Positions 56,108-64,000 of a DNA stretch of 64,000 nucleotides are shown piece by piece. The stretch lies in the IMG/VR virus record IMGVR_UViG_3300045006_000529; one strand, written 5' to 3'. The notes below the pieces were generated by a model. It saw nothing but the letters and a program-made list of their open reading frames with translations. It searched no databases and was not told where the DNA came from. The stretch's first letter is position 1; the number at the start of each line of letters is the position of its first letter. The stretch is from an uncultured virus (IMG/VR IMGVR_UViG_3300045006_000529). Lineage: Duplodnaviria > Heunggongvirae > Uroviricota > Caudoviricetes. The position numbers were made by a program, and so were the translations under genes.

Positions 56108-59100
56108 GTGGCACCTCCAGTTTCAGGTGTTGCAGGAGATTGTCAATTCCTGAGAAGAAAACGTTGTATCCATAGGCCGCCTGCAGCTCTGACATCTGCT
56201 TTGCTGCCTCTTCTTTATAGTAGTCCTTATCGTTAAGGAGTTTAACTATCATCCCCGCCTGCTCTTTTGGGCTGTCAGAGACAAGGCTCTTGATACCAAG
56301 AGCCTTGCCCACCCTTTCCACAGAGACCACAGGCGTTTTGTAGTTAATGCTGTCAACTACTTTGGCATTCATCCCGGCCCCAACTGTCATGGGACAGATG
56401 GTAATATCAACGTTGGCAAAAACATGGGTCAGGTTGGGAACATGTCCGGCGTAGAAAACGTCCCGTTTGCCCGTGAACTCCTTAACCACCCCCTTGGCGT
56501 CGTATCCAAACAGGTAGAGCTTCACGTCCGGGTCTGCACTTTTTACTCTACCCCATACCTCGTCAATGAACCACCTGATTCCCATACTGTTGGGGGGGTG
56601 TTCCCAGTTAGCCAGGAAGCCAACAACTTTGTCTTCGGGCTTGCACGGCAGGACAGGAGGCCTTGCCTGCCGATGGGGAATGACAAACGCCTTCCTCTGA
56701 ATGTCGAGGGGAAGCACACCGATATCAGCTGGGCTGACTACAGTGATAGCATCGGCCTGACGATACCAGCCCAGCTCCTCCTGCATTCTCGTTTCCCACC
56801 CGGGGGCATTTGACCTCCTCTCGCGTTCGAAGTGCACATCTCCCGTATAGACACACGTCTTTGCGCCGATAGTTCTAGCCGTCTCGAACAGTCTTGGGTA
56901 TGACCCCCACCAGCCGGTGATAATGAGGTCCGGCTTGATAGCAAGAATCTCCTCCGTTGGATCCTTGACTATCTTATGGCCCCGGAGGGCAGGAAGAAAG
57001 TTCTTGGTTTCTCCGTAGTAGATAGAGGGCCCTGAGGGGAAGAACCAGACATTTGTGTGCAGGGAAAGGTGTTGTAGGAAGTAATACATCCCTGTCGTTC
57101 CTGCAGCCTCTCTGTCTGTGAGATTCCAGGGGCAAGTAAAGACTATCTTAGGCTTGTTTTGGTACCCCCACCTTTCGACGCAGAGATTCTGATTAGCCCA
57201 CGCCCACTCGCTTTGTGAGTTCTTAAAAGTGGCTCCGCATTCATGGCGGAGCCATGTATAGTTTGCTACTCCCTGTTTATATCCCGCAGCCTGGGCTCTG
57301 AAACAAAAGTCGGGGTCCTCATAGTATCCCTTGCCATACCTCTCATCAAAGAAGCCTATATCCTCCGCAACATGTCTCGAAACAAAGAGAGAGGCCCCAT
57401 TGATAAAACCGCCATTTATGATACCATAGTACTCAAGCGACTGGGGTCTGTCGAGCCACTCCCCTCTTTCTAGACAGAGGGGTGATGCAATCGATATCCT
57501 ATTTTCGAACATATGATAAAGCGTTTTCTGCAGCCAGTCCGGATCTGGGAGCCTTACATCACTATTAAGTGAGACGTAGATATCAGCACCCTCCCGAAAA
57601 GCCGCTGCCATCATAGCATTCTGAGACTTAAGAAAGCCCTCGTTCGAGGAGTTCGCTATTACCCTGGTCCGGCCTGGTATGCTATTAAGAATCCTGAGAT
57701 TCTCATCCTGGTTGGGAGATCCGTCTTCTGTAAGAAGGAGGCTGAAAGGCCCTTTTGTCTTGACAACCTCTTCGGCGAACTGTTTTGTCAGGTCGGGGTT
57801 TCCGTAGAAAGATGCTCCGATCACTATCTTTGATTTGCTAAGATCAGGCATAGGCTTGACCAAGGATATCTGAGGACTGGTGTCGTAGACAAGAGCGGGA
57901 GGCTCTGGTTTCCAGATGCTATTAGGGTCAGGCCATTCTATAATCCCACTCGGCCCATCGGGGTCGAGGAAGAACTTCTCATATCTATCTGCCCACTGTC
58001 TGATTTCGTATTTACTGAGTGTCTGCTTTTTCTCCTGGGCTTTAGATAAGAAGAAGCTATAGTTGTCACGTACATCTCTAAGCTTAGTCATCAGGTCATC
58101 AAAGTCAGGGTCCCACTGCTCACCGCAGGGGGTCTTGGAGACATAGGGATACCAAGCAGGAGACGTCTCTTTTATCTTGAGGCCTATGCCCCCCTCCTCA
58201 TCAATAATGACTTGATGAGCGTGCCCACTGCTGATTATACAGAGCTTTCCTGTTGCAAGAGCCTCGCGGGGCATGAAGGAGAATCCCTCACCGGAGGAAG
58301 GAAGGAGTAGGCAGTCAATCTTGTTGAGAAACGTCCTTACTTCGCTCTCTGACATGCTCTCTGCGGAGAAGAAAACTCGGCTGTCTTTGCCAGCCTCCTT
58401 CTTTATTTCTCTCGTCCTCTCTGGACTGTCTCCCCACCGGCTCTTGATAATCAGCCTGACATCCGGCTCGTCCGGAAAGGCCCGTTTGAATGCCCTGATA
58501 GTGGGAAGGATATTTTTACGGGGTGTATCATGAGCCACCATTCCGAAGATGAAAGGGGTAGACGGCCTTTTAGCATACAACTCTGCATCCCTGAAAAGGA
58601 AATTTATCTGCGGCATTACTAGCGGAACATGTAGGATGGGGATCTTTACCCCGCTGTCTCTATACGCCTTAACCAGGTAAGAAGATGGTACAAAAACGTG
58701 GGTCCAATACTTGTTCAGGGCAGCAGCCCAGTCTGCGGGGATCCTTGAACTTTCCAACATAGATATGGCGATCCGACGTTTGGCCCCCAGCGTTTTTGGC
58801 ATGTACTGTGCCAAACTGTAGGGATCAGGCTTGCCGTTGCTGCGGGGTAGAGTCGCAATAACACCTGTTGTAATTAGGGTGTCGCCGACAGACCCTTTTG
58901 ACAGCTCGGACATGGGATAAAGCGGAAGCGGAGCATGTAGGGGATAGTAATAGGGCATCTCACTTGTGCTGTCTATGTCCTCAAAAACGTTGAAGATTTT
59001 GATATCGTACCTATCTTGCAAACACATGTATAGATTGTAGGCTATCTTGCCCAGTCCGTCTGCAGCTAATACTGGGCCAAGAATGCTTATCTTTGGCTTT

Positions 59101-59180
59101 GGTGTCGCCCTGTTCGACCCAGGCATAGCAAGATCTTTCTTCTGTCTGTTTCTGCTCGGCCTACCCTGTTTTATCATCAT
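56097..59180 (-). CDS. multidomain glycosyltransferase (GT4-like + GT2-like + GT4-like)
   Basis: RKN...PSSGEGF...EALA.G; DGS...N.GF...LNSD...G.FDE...YYED.D; final GT-B domain with P...GAG...KV. Confidence 0.85.
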   Translation of the reverse strand: MMIKQGRPSRNRQKKDLAMPGSNRATPKPKISILGPVLAADGLGKIAYNLYMCLQDRYDIKIFNVFEDIDSTSEMPYYYPLHAPLPLYPMSELSKGSVGDTLITTGVIATLPRSNGKPDPYSLAQYMPKTLGAKRRIAISMLESSRIPADWAAALNKYWTHVFVPSSYLVKAYRDSGVKIPILHVPLVMPQINFLFRDAELYAKRPSTPFIFGMVAHDTPRKNILPTIRAFKRAFPDEPDVRLIIKSRWGDSPERTREIKKEAGKDSRVFFSAESMSESEVRTFLNKIDCLLLPSSGEGFSFMPREALATGKLCIISSGHAHQVIIDEEGGIGLKIKETSPAWYPYVSKTPCGEQWDPDFDDLMTKLRDVRDNYSFFLSKAQEKKQTLSKYEIRQWADRYEKFFLDPDGPSGIIEWPDPNSIWKPEPPALVYDTSPQISLVKPMPDLSKSKIVIGASFYGNPDLTKQFAEEVVKTKGPFSLLLTEDGSPNQDENLRILNSIPGRTRVIANSSNEGFLKSQNAMMAAAFREGADIYVSLNSDVRLPDPDWLQKTLYHMFENRISIASPLCLERGEWLDRPQSLEYYGIINGGFINGASLFVSRHVAEDIGFFDERYGKGYYEDPDFCFRAQAAGYKQGVANYTWLRHECGATFKNSQSEWAWANQNLCVERWGYQNKPKIVFTCPWNLTDREAAGTTGMYYFLQHLSLHTNVWFFPSGPSIYYGETKNFLPALRGHKIVKDPTEEILAIKPDLIITGWWGSYPRLFETARTIGAKTCVYTGDVHFERERRSNAPGWETRMQEELGWYRQADAITVVSPADIGVLPLDIQRKAFVIPHRQARPPVLPCKPEDKVVGFLANWEHPPNSMGIRWFIDEVWGRVKSADPDVKLYLFGYDAKGVVKEFTGKRDVFYAGHVPNLTHVFANVDITICPMTVGAGMNAKVVDSINYKTPVVSVERVGKALGIKSLVSDSPKEQAGMIVKLLNDKDYYKEEAAKQMSELQAAYGYNVFFSGIDNLLQHLKLEVPHVR

Positions 59181-60661
59181 GATAATTTCCCACCTGTACC
59201 AATGATACTACTGCTCGCCCTCAAGTGTGCTCCATCAATCTTAGGGGCAAGGCTCTGCTGTCCAGCCGCCTCCAAGTTGAAACTGGCTAGCTCCCGGTTC
59301 AGCCATCCTGTCTTCATTCTGAGGTTAGGTTTGACAGAGCATGTAAGATCCCCCTTAGGCTGCCAGTCGTTAGGGCTCAAGACGTTGTAGGCCTCTAAAA
59401 CCTTTCCCCAGACGTCTTCCTGTGGAGCTGGGAGAGAAGAAAGTATATCAAGGGACTTGATATCAACATTTTTCACTGTGCTAGGCAACCCCTTCAACAT
59501 ATTGAACAGCTGAATATTCCACTCTTGAGCTTCTATGGCCAGACCTACTTCTCCCCTCCATAGTATCCCCTTGTCGAGGGGACACGCCAGTCTTTCCTCC
59601 ACTGCATTAGCTATCTCCTTCCCTGAGATGCTGGTAATACAAACCCTGTTTGCACATCCGGAATTCGAGTACCAGCAAGGCGCCCTTGAACACTTTTCCG
59701 GATGCCACAGGTTGGTGACATTTCTGTAGTACGAGGTTCTGGATCCTGGGTGTGTTCCCCCCCAGAGGCCGACGAGTTTTTTATTCAGTGCCCCTGCCAT
59801 GTGCAGGGGCCCTGTATCTGGGGACACTATCAGCTCACTCACACCCACCAGTCCGAAAAATTCCTTGACAGACAGGCCCCTCCATTCGAGAACACCGGGA
59901 ATTCCCCACGGATCACGATAGGCCTCTGAAACAACTCCGACGTAAATGTCGTTTCTTCTCTTCAAGAGAGACACTGCTGTTTGTAGCGACTGTAGAGAAG
60001 GGTCTCTAAAGCCAGTATTGCTGTTCTGGAAAAATAGAATAAGAGGCCTGTTAAACTGTCCCACCTGTCTCTGGATCAGCTCCCTTCCGGTCGCCAGCGT
60101 GTCTTCAGGAAGATGAAGATAGGGCCTCTTGATGGAAGGATCAACGCCTAGGTAATGGGAGAAGATGTCTATCCTTTCGCGGGGCTTGGTAGTGGGCCTT
60201 TCCTCCTGAATTTCGCCAGCCTGACCTGAGATGTCAACGAAGAAGTCAAAGCGACCGGGATTATAGGTCTCATAATTCGCATCCAGCACAACATCCACCC
60301 AGGGGAGATGTTTAACTGCTTCATAGATCACGCCGTGTTTAGATCCCGGGGCAATATCGGTCGTATAATGAGACTGCACAATCAAGGTTACATGAGCAGA
60401 GGGGAACTTCTCCCTGAGTCCCAGTAGGGATGGGGTTATCATCAAGATATCCCCTAATCCAGGCTTGAGCCTGGCTATAGCTATCTTGTAGGCTGCCTGC
60501 GAACTGCCAACTCTGGCAAGATGGCTTACACGGAACCTGCTTGTATTATGTCTGCCAGTATTCTTGGTAATAGCAGGCCGCCCGCCCCTTCTTACAGAAA
60601 GGGGCCTGCGGCTCCTTGGCAAAAGACGAGGAAGCCCTCCTTTGCCCCGATGCAGGATCAT
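59177..60661 (-). CDS. GT9 (heptosyltransferase-like) glycosyltransferase
   Basis: GLGDILM.TP.L..L...FP.A, DTGPLHMAGAL....VGLWG.T and C..APC...C....C. Confidence 0.82.
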   Translation of the reverse strand: MILHRGKGGLPRLLPRSRRPLSVRRGGRPAITKNTGRHNTSRFRVSHLARVGSSQAAYKIAIARLKPGLGDILMITPSLLGLREKFPSAHVTLIVQSHYTTDIAPGSKHGVIYEAVKHLPWVDVVLDANYETYNPGRFDFFVDISGQAGEIQEERPTTKPRERIDIFSHYLGVDPSIKRPYLHLPEDTLATGRELIQRQVGQFNRPLILFFQNSNTGFRDPSLQSLQTAVSLLKRRNDIYVGVVSEAYRDPWGIPGVLEWRGLSVKEFFGLVGVSELIVSPDTGPLHMAGALNKKLVGLWGGTHPGSRTSYYRNVTNLWHPEKCSRAPCWYSNSGCANRVCITSISGKEIANAVEERLACPLDKGILWRGEVGLAIEAQEWNIQLFNMLKGLPSTVKNVDIKSLDILSSLPAPQEDVWGKVLEAYNVLSPNDWQPKGDLTCSVKPNLRMKTGWLNRELASFNLEAAGQQSLAPKIDGAHLRASSSIIGTGGKLS

Positions 60662-60670
60662 GGTTCCCTC

Positions 60671-61771
60671 TTAGGCTACAGGTTCCTTAGCCCTAGCCTT
60701 TTTCTCGGCTACTAGAGCCCTGTAGAGGGCTCCACGAGCTACCGAAAAGAGGGCATCTTCTGACTGGCGAATCTGGCCAACCTCAATCTGGGGCGCCGCA
60801 CTATTCCATGTTTGAACAAACATGTCCAGGAAGCCAGGAGCTAATGAGGTACCCCCAGCCACTACAACGTCAACAGGTTCAGGAAAAACAACGCCCTGAA
60901 ACTGGACTTTCATGTTCTCAATCACGTTTTTGATGAGTCGGCGATAGGCAAGAGCGATTCCTGCAACCACTTGGTCTTCCGACTCAAGGTTGTCAAGGAG
61001 ATTGGTAAGTTGACGCTCTTTCACCTTCTGCACCCTTGCCGAGGTCATTCCGGCAAACTGGGAGGCTACCTTGGCATCCACATAATCACCTGACCCTATG
61101 ATAGAGAAGGACTTTACAATGGTGCCCAACACCATGGCGCAGATGTTAATCTGGCCTGCTCCCAGACTACAAGTGATTCCTGTCAGGTTCTTGTTTCTCA
61201 ACTGATCGTAAGCAATACAGGCACCCTCGTTGACTGGAATTGGAGAAAACCCAAGGCTTCTCAATAAAGAATCCATCTTATCAAGATGGAATTCTGTATT
61301 GAAGAACCCTGTTGCTTGTTTATTTAGAGGCTCGGCTGGAACAGTGTATACACACGTTTCCCCGCTATAGGAGGCTTTGCCTAGGACGTTTTCAATCAGG
61401 ACCCGCATGACAAAGGCTGCTTCCGCATCTGTAGTAGAAAGAACGCCAGCGCTCATGGGTCTCCGTACCTCAATACCCATTGCGTTGGCTATAGAAAGGG
61501 CTCCATCGCCAACCGTATAGAGATAGCCCGATTGTCTAATGTAGGAAACACCCGCCCTCTCTAGGATAGAGGCAGTGTCCTCCTCGTCATCCAGCTTGAG
61601 AAAGGCGTTGCGTATTTTCTCAATATGGGCACCCCCCTCCTGTGTGGCTATGGCTTGCGCCCCCACAATAAAGGAGGTGCCAATGTCTAGCCCCCTCCCA
61701 GCAGCCAAACCTTCCGTAGTTGAACCTTCCACAGGTATAGTCTCCTTAGGCTTCTTTTTGGGTGTAGCCAT
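60671..61771 (-). CDS. actin-like (MreB/FtsA/ParM-fold) ATPase
   Basis: GLDIGTS phosphate-1, NEG, S.GAG phosphate-2, GD.VD and VVAGGTS adenosine motif. Confidence 0.8.
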   Translation of the reverse strand: MATPKKKPKETIPVEGSTTEGLAAGRGLDIGTSFIVGAQAIATQEGGAHIEKIRNAFLKLDDEEDTASILERAGVSYIRQSGYLYTVGDGALSIANAMGIEVRRPMSAGVLSTTDAEAAFVMRVLIENVLGKASYSGETCVYTVPAEPLNKQATGFFNTEFHLDKMDSLLRSLGFSPIPVNEGACIAYDQLRNKNLTGITCSLGAGQINICAMVLGTIVKSFSIIGSGDYVDAKVASQFAGMTSARVQKVKERQLTNLLDNLESEDQVVAGIALAYRRLIKNVIENMKVQFQGVVFPEPVDVVVAGGTSLAPGFLDMFVQTWNSAAPQIEVGQIRQSEDALFSVARGALYRALVAEKKARAKEPVA

Positions 61772-62124
61772 TACTCTGACGGCCCCTCATTGGTTACATT
61801 TGCTTCTGATAGTATAGAGCCTATCCTTGTTTCGATCAAGACAAACTCTTCGGTATCGCTCAGGTTATCTAGCCAGTAGGAGACCCTTTTGGGTACTGTA
61901 AAACTGGCCCCACGAGACAGTAGTTTGACTTCGCTCGCTTTGCCAACAGATAAGATTATGCGCCCCATACCTTGTACGACAGCCAATATCGTATCGACTG
62001 TTTGATACCTTTCCGAGCAGGAGCTCTCCTTTGGTTTTATCCCTACCTTGTAGACAGAAAACTGTCCGCCACTATTACTCTCGGCCAACACTATCTCACG
62101 GGTTTTGCAGGATATATTCTCCAC
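61771..62124 (-). CDS. cupin-fold protein
   Basis: I.P....S.....VVQG.G...L..G.S..VP.....L.N; the usual metal-binding His residues are absent. Confidence 0.6.
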   Translation of the reverse strand: MENISCKTREIVLAESNSGGQFSVYKVGIKPKESSCSERYQTVDTILAVVQGMGRIILSVGKASEVKLLSRGASFTVPKRVSYWLDNLSDTEEFVLIETRIGSILSEANVTNEGPSE

Positions 62125-62514
62125 CTACTCTCCTTCAGAAGAAAGCAGCTTTGCTAGTTCTTCCGTAGCACCAGCATCAATTGTCGTCTCTGACGATGAC
62201 GGAACGACTTTTGCATCCGTTGTTGTGGCAAGACTGCTGTCTCCATCCTCCACCATCTTGACAAACTGCTTGGCAGAGCGACTGGATACAACGTCTGGGC
62301 TTACGGGCCTGTTTTCCATCCTGGAGAGGATTCTGTCAGCCACCAGGTCTGCTAGAACCTCTACATCAAGAGGAGGAGTCTCGGGCTTGGGAGGAAGAGG
62401 TTGGGAACGTGTCTCTAAACTATCCCTCCGGCTCCAGCGACGTACCCTAGAAAAAGCCTTGCCTGCTCGCAGATACATCTTATCCCAGAAGCGTAATAGA
62501 CCCTTGAGACACAT
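62125..62514 (-). CDS. hypothetical protein
   Basis: 129-aa ORF filling the gap. Confidence 0.5.
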   Translation of the reverse strand: MCLKGLLRFWDKMYLRAGKAFSRVRRWSRRDSLETRSQPLPPKPETPPLDVEVLADLVADRILSRMENRPVSPDVVSSRSAKQFVKMVEDGDSSLATTTDAKVVPSSSETTIDAGATEELAKLLSSEGE

Positions 62515-63703
62515 CGTCTACCACATAATCCATTTGGGTCGATACCACCTCTTCTGGATTGCCTCCAGCAGCCACGGCTGTAGCTACAGCTGTAGCTGCC
62601 AAAAAGGCAGTATAACCCTCGAATGTCGCTTGTGGTTCCAGCCCCACCATTTCCGCAAAGGCAGCGTAAGTCATGGAAAAGATGTCGCTTCCGATGCGAC
62701 ACCGGTAGTTGGCGTAATTAACTATGTTGTTATAAAAGACGCCTATGTCGTCTCGGGAGAGAGCCTGCAGATATATCGTAGGATAGCGTGTAGGCCAGCC
62801 TGTTGCCAAACTCTCATAAGTGCTTTTCTCCTCGGCAGATGGCTCGGAGTCAAAGAAAATCAGGATGTCATGGTCTTCGTAGTCGTCTAGGCCTGTAGGT
62901 GTACCCAGAGAAAGGGCAGCCGTAGCAGCCGGAGGCTTTACGGTCCACTCTCCATCGCTTGAAGGCAGCACCCTAACAAAGTTGGCTGGCACCATCAGGC
63001 CGTTGGCCTGTAGGGGACAGAAGATCCCATTGCCATGATTTACTATCCCGTTCGGCTGATCGGCGGGGAACCTCACCACAGCTATCCCTGGATAACTCTC
63101 CGGCCAAATAATCTCACTGGCTACTACTGTATGGTTATAAACGGGGACGAAACCAGCTATTTGATCCCCCCAGTAGTTGGGCCAGAAGAAGGGAATTTGC
63201 CCGAATAGAGCTGTTGTTCCCTCTAAATCCTCGACTTGGTCTTCCAGAGCTTGTAGTTCCGCCTTAGTGGCATATCCAGTAAGACCTGTTCCACTAACCT
63301 CGGATAAACGGTTGTCCAATTGTGAAACCGACAGAGCAAACTTGGCATTTATGGCCGCCAGGGCTTCCTTGATGGAGGTTGGCCGCTTCAGCGTAGGATC
63401 GAATAGAAAATCGTTGTTGGCATCTGAAGCTTTCGAGGTAAGATCTGTATAGATCTGGCTGCCGTCAAGCCCATTGGTAAAAGGATTGACAGCATCAACC
63501 CTTTCCTCGCGAAGGACGGTTTCCCCACCACTAGGCAAGGTATTAAGCAATGGAACTACTTTATCATTCCACTCCTGGGAGAGCGCCCTTAGATCAGCCA
63601 CTACTTCCTGGATGAAATCCAGAATGTCTTGTGAAGTAGAGGGCCCCCGATAGGCTATAGGCTTCGAGGAAACAGATGGATAAAATAAGTTTACTTTGCT
63701 CAT
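62480..63703 (-). CDS. putative virion structural protein
   Basis: 407 aa, acidic and Ala/Thr-rich; N-terminal YRGP.S...E...DL..L, a coiled coil, then a beta-rich region. Confidence 0.45.
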   Translation of the reverse strand: MSKVNLFYPSVSSKPIAYRGPSTSQDILDFIQEVVADLRALSQEWNDKVVPLLNTLPSGGETVLREERVDAVNPFTNGLDGSQIYTDLTSKASDANNDFLFDPTLKRPTSIKEALAAINAKFALSVSQLDNRLSEVSGTGLTGYATKAELQALEDQVEDLEGTTALFGQIPFFWPNYWGDQIAGFVPVYNHTVVASEIIWPESYPGIAVVRFPADQPNGIVNHGNGIFCPLQANGLMVPANFVRVLPSSDGEWTVKPPAATAALSLGTPTGLDDYEDHDILIFFDSEPSAEEKSTYESLATGWPTRYPTIYLQALSRDDIGVFYNNIVNYANYRCRIGSDIFSMTYAAFAEMVGLEPQATFEGYTAFLAATAVATAVAAGGNPEEVVSTQMDYVVDDVSQGSITLLG

Positions 63704-64000
63704 ACCAAGACCCCCAACTTTAGGCGAAAGCCATTTAGCTGTGGCGTTCCGCCATTTCTGCTCTTGAGAACGGCCTTCAACACAACGGAGTTGGCTGTGA
63801 ACCTGTCGGTATCATAGGTTTCGAGGAAAACCAAGAACAACTCTCTCTCTCTTGGATTATCGGTAGTAAGAGAAAGCAACACGTCGTCGGCCGCCTTTAC
63901 TAAAACCATGCTCAGTTCGTCTGTATTATACAGACATCCACCAGCTAGAGCAAACTTGGTTAGATCACCCGTGTCAGTGTTTCTCTCGAAGTCAAAGAAG
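63700..64000 (-). CDS. C-terminal end of a gene truncated by the window edge (possibly structural)
   Basis: Frame stays open from 63909 to the window end; ends VVLKAVLKS...TPQLNGFRLKL. Confidence 0.55.
   Translation of the reverse strand, partial: FFDFERNTDTGDLTKFALAGGCLYNTDELSMVLVKAADDVLLSLTTDNPRERELFLVFLETYDTDRFTANSVVLKAVLKSRNGGTPQLNGFRLKLGVLV

Noticed and set aside
1..64000. Stop-codon reassignment (e.g. TAG read-through)
   Set aside because: Conserved genes are full length under the standard code, and TAG, TGA and TAA all fall at homologous protein ends followed by new RBS/start signals.

Overview
A 64 kb, gene-dense segment of a large tailed-phage-like genome using the standard genetic code, with many ATGA/TAATG stop-start overlaps. 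I saw no rRNA, tRNA, CRISPR array, integrase or transposase. Positions 1-54.2 kb are almost all + strand. They hold replication, recombination and nucleotide genes: DUF932, SpoVG-like, Whirly-like, an inverted class II RNR, RecA, family-4 UDG, MoxR AAA with a vWA-metallopeptidase, a DnaE split into two genes, a metallophosphoesterase, a primase-helicase, a second AAA ATPase, Cas4-like and RuvC-like nucleases, an HslV/proteasome-like Ntn hydrolase and a 3D-domain protein. Positions 54.25-64 kb are - strand: methyltransferases, a sulfotransferase, glycosyltransferases, an actin-like ATPase, a cupin and likely virion proteins. The most striking unexplained feature is about 33 small proteins (88-190 aa) in about 8 clusters. 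Their bodies diverge, but they share stop-anchored C-terminal tails ending in Leu (rarely Ile). There are three tail classes plus a related pair: a 19-aa F-x4-G-x-D/E...L tail, a G-[IV]-h-x-x-[LF]-x-L tail, and a Cys-rich R-x3-C-x2-[AS][TS]-x2-[AV]E-x-L tail. One array sits inside dnaE, one directly follows the MoxR/vWA pair, and one surrounds the second AAA ATPase. This suggests an undescribed 'variable body + constant C-terminal docking tag' system. All family assignments come from recognising motifs by eye; no database search was run.
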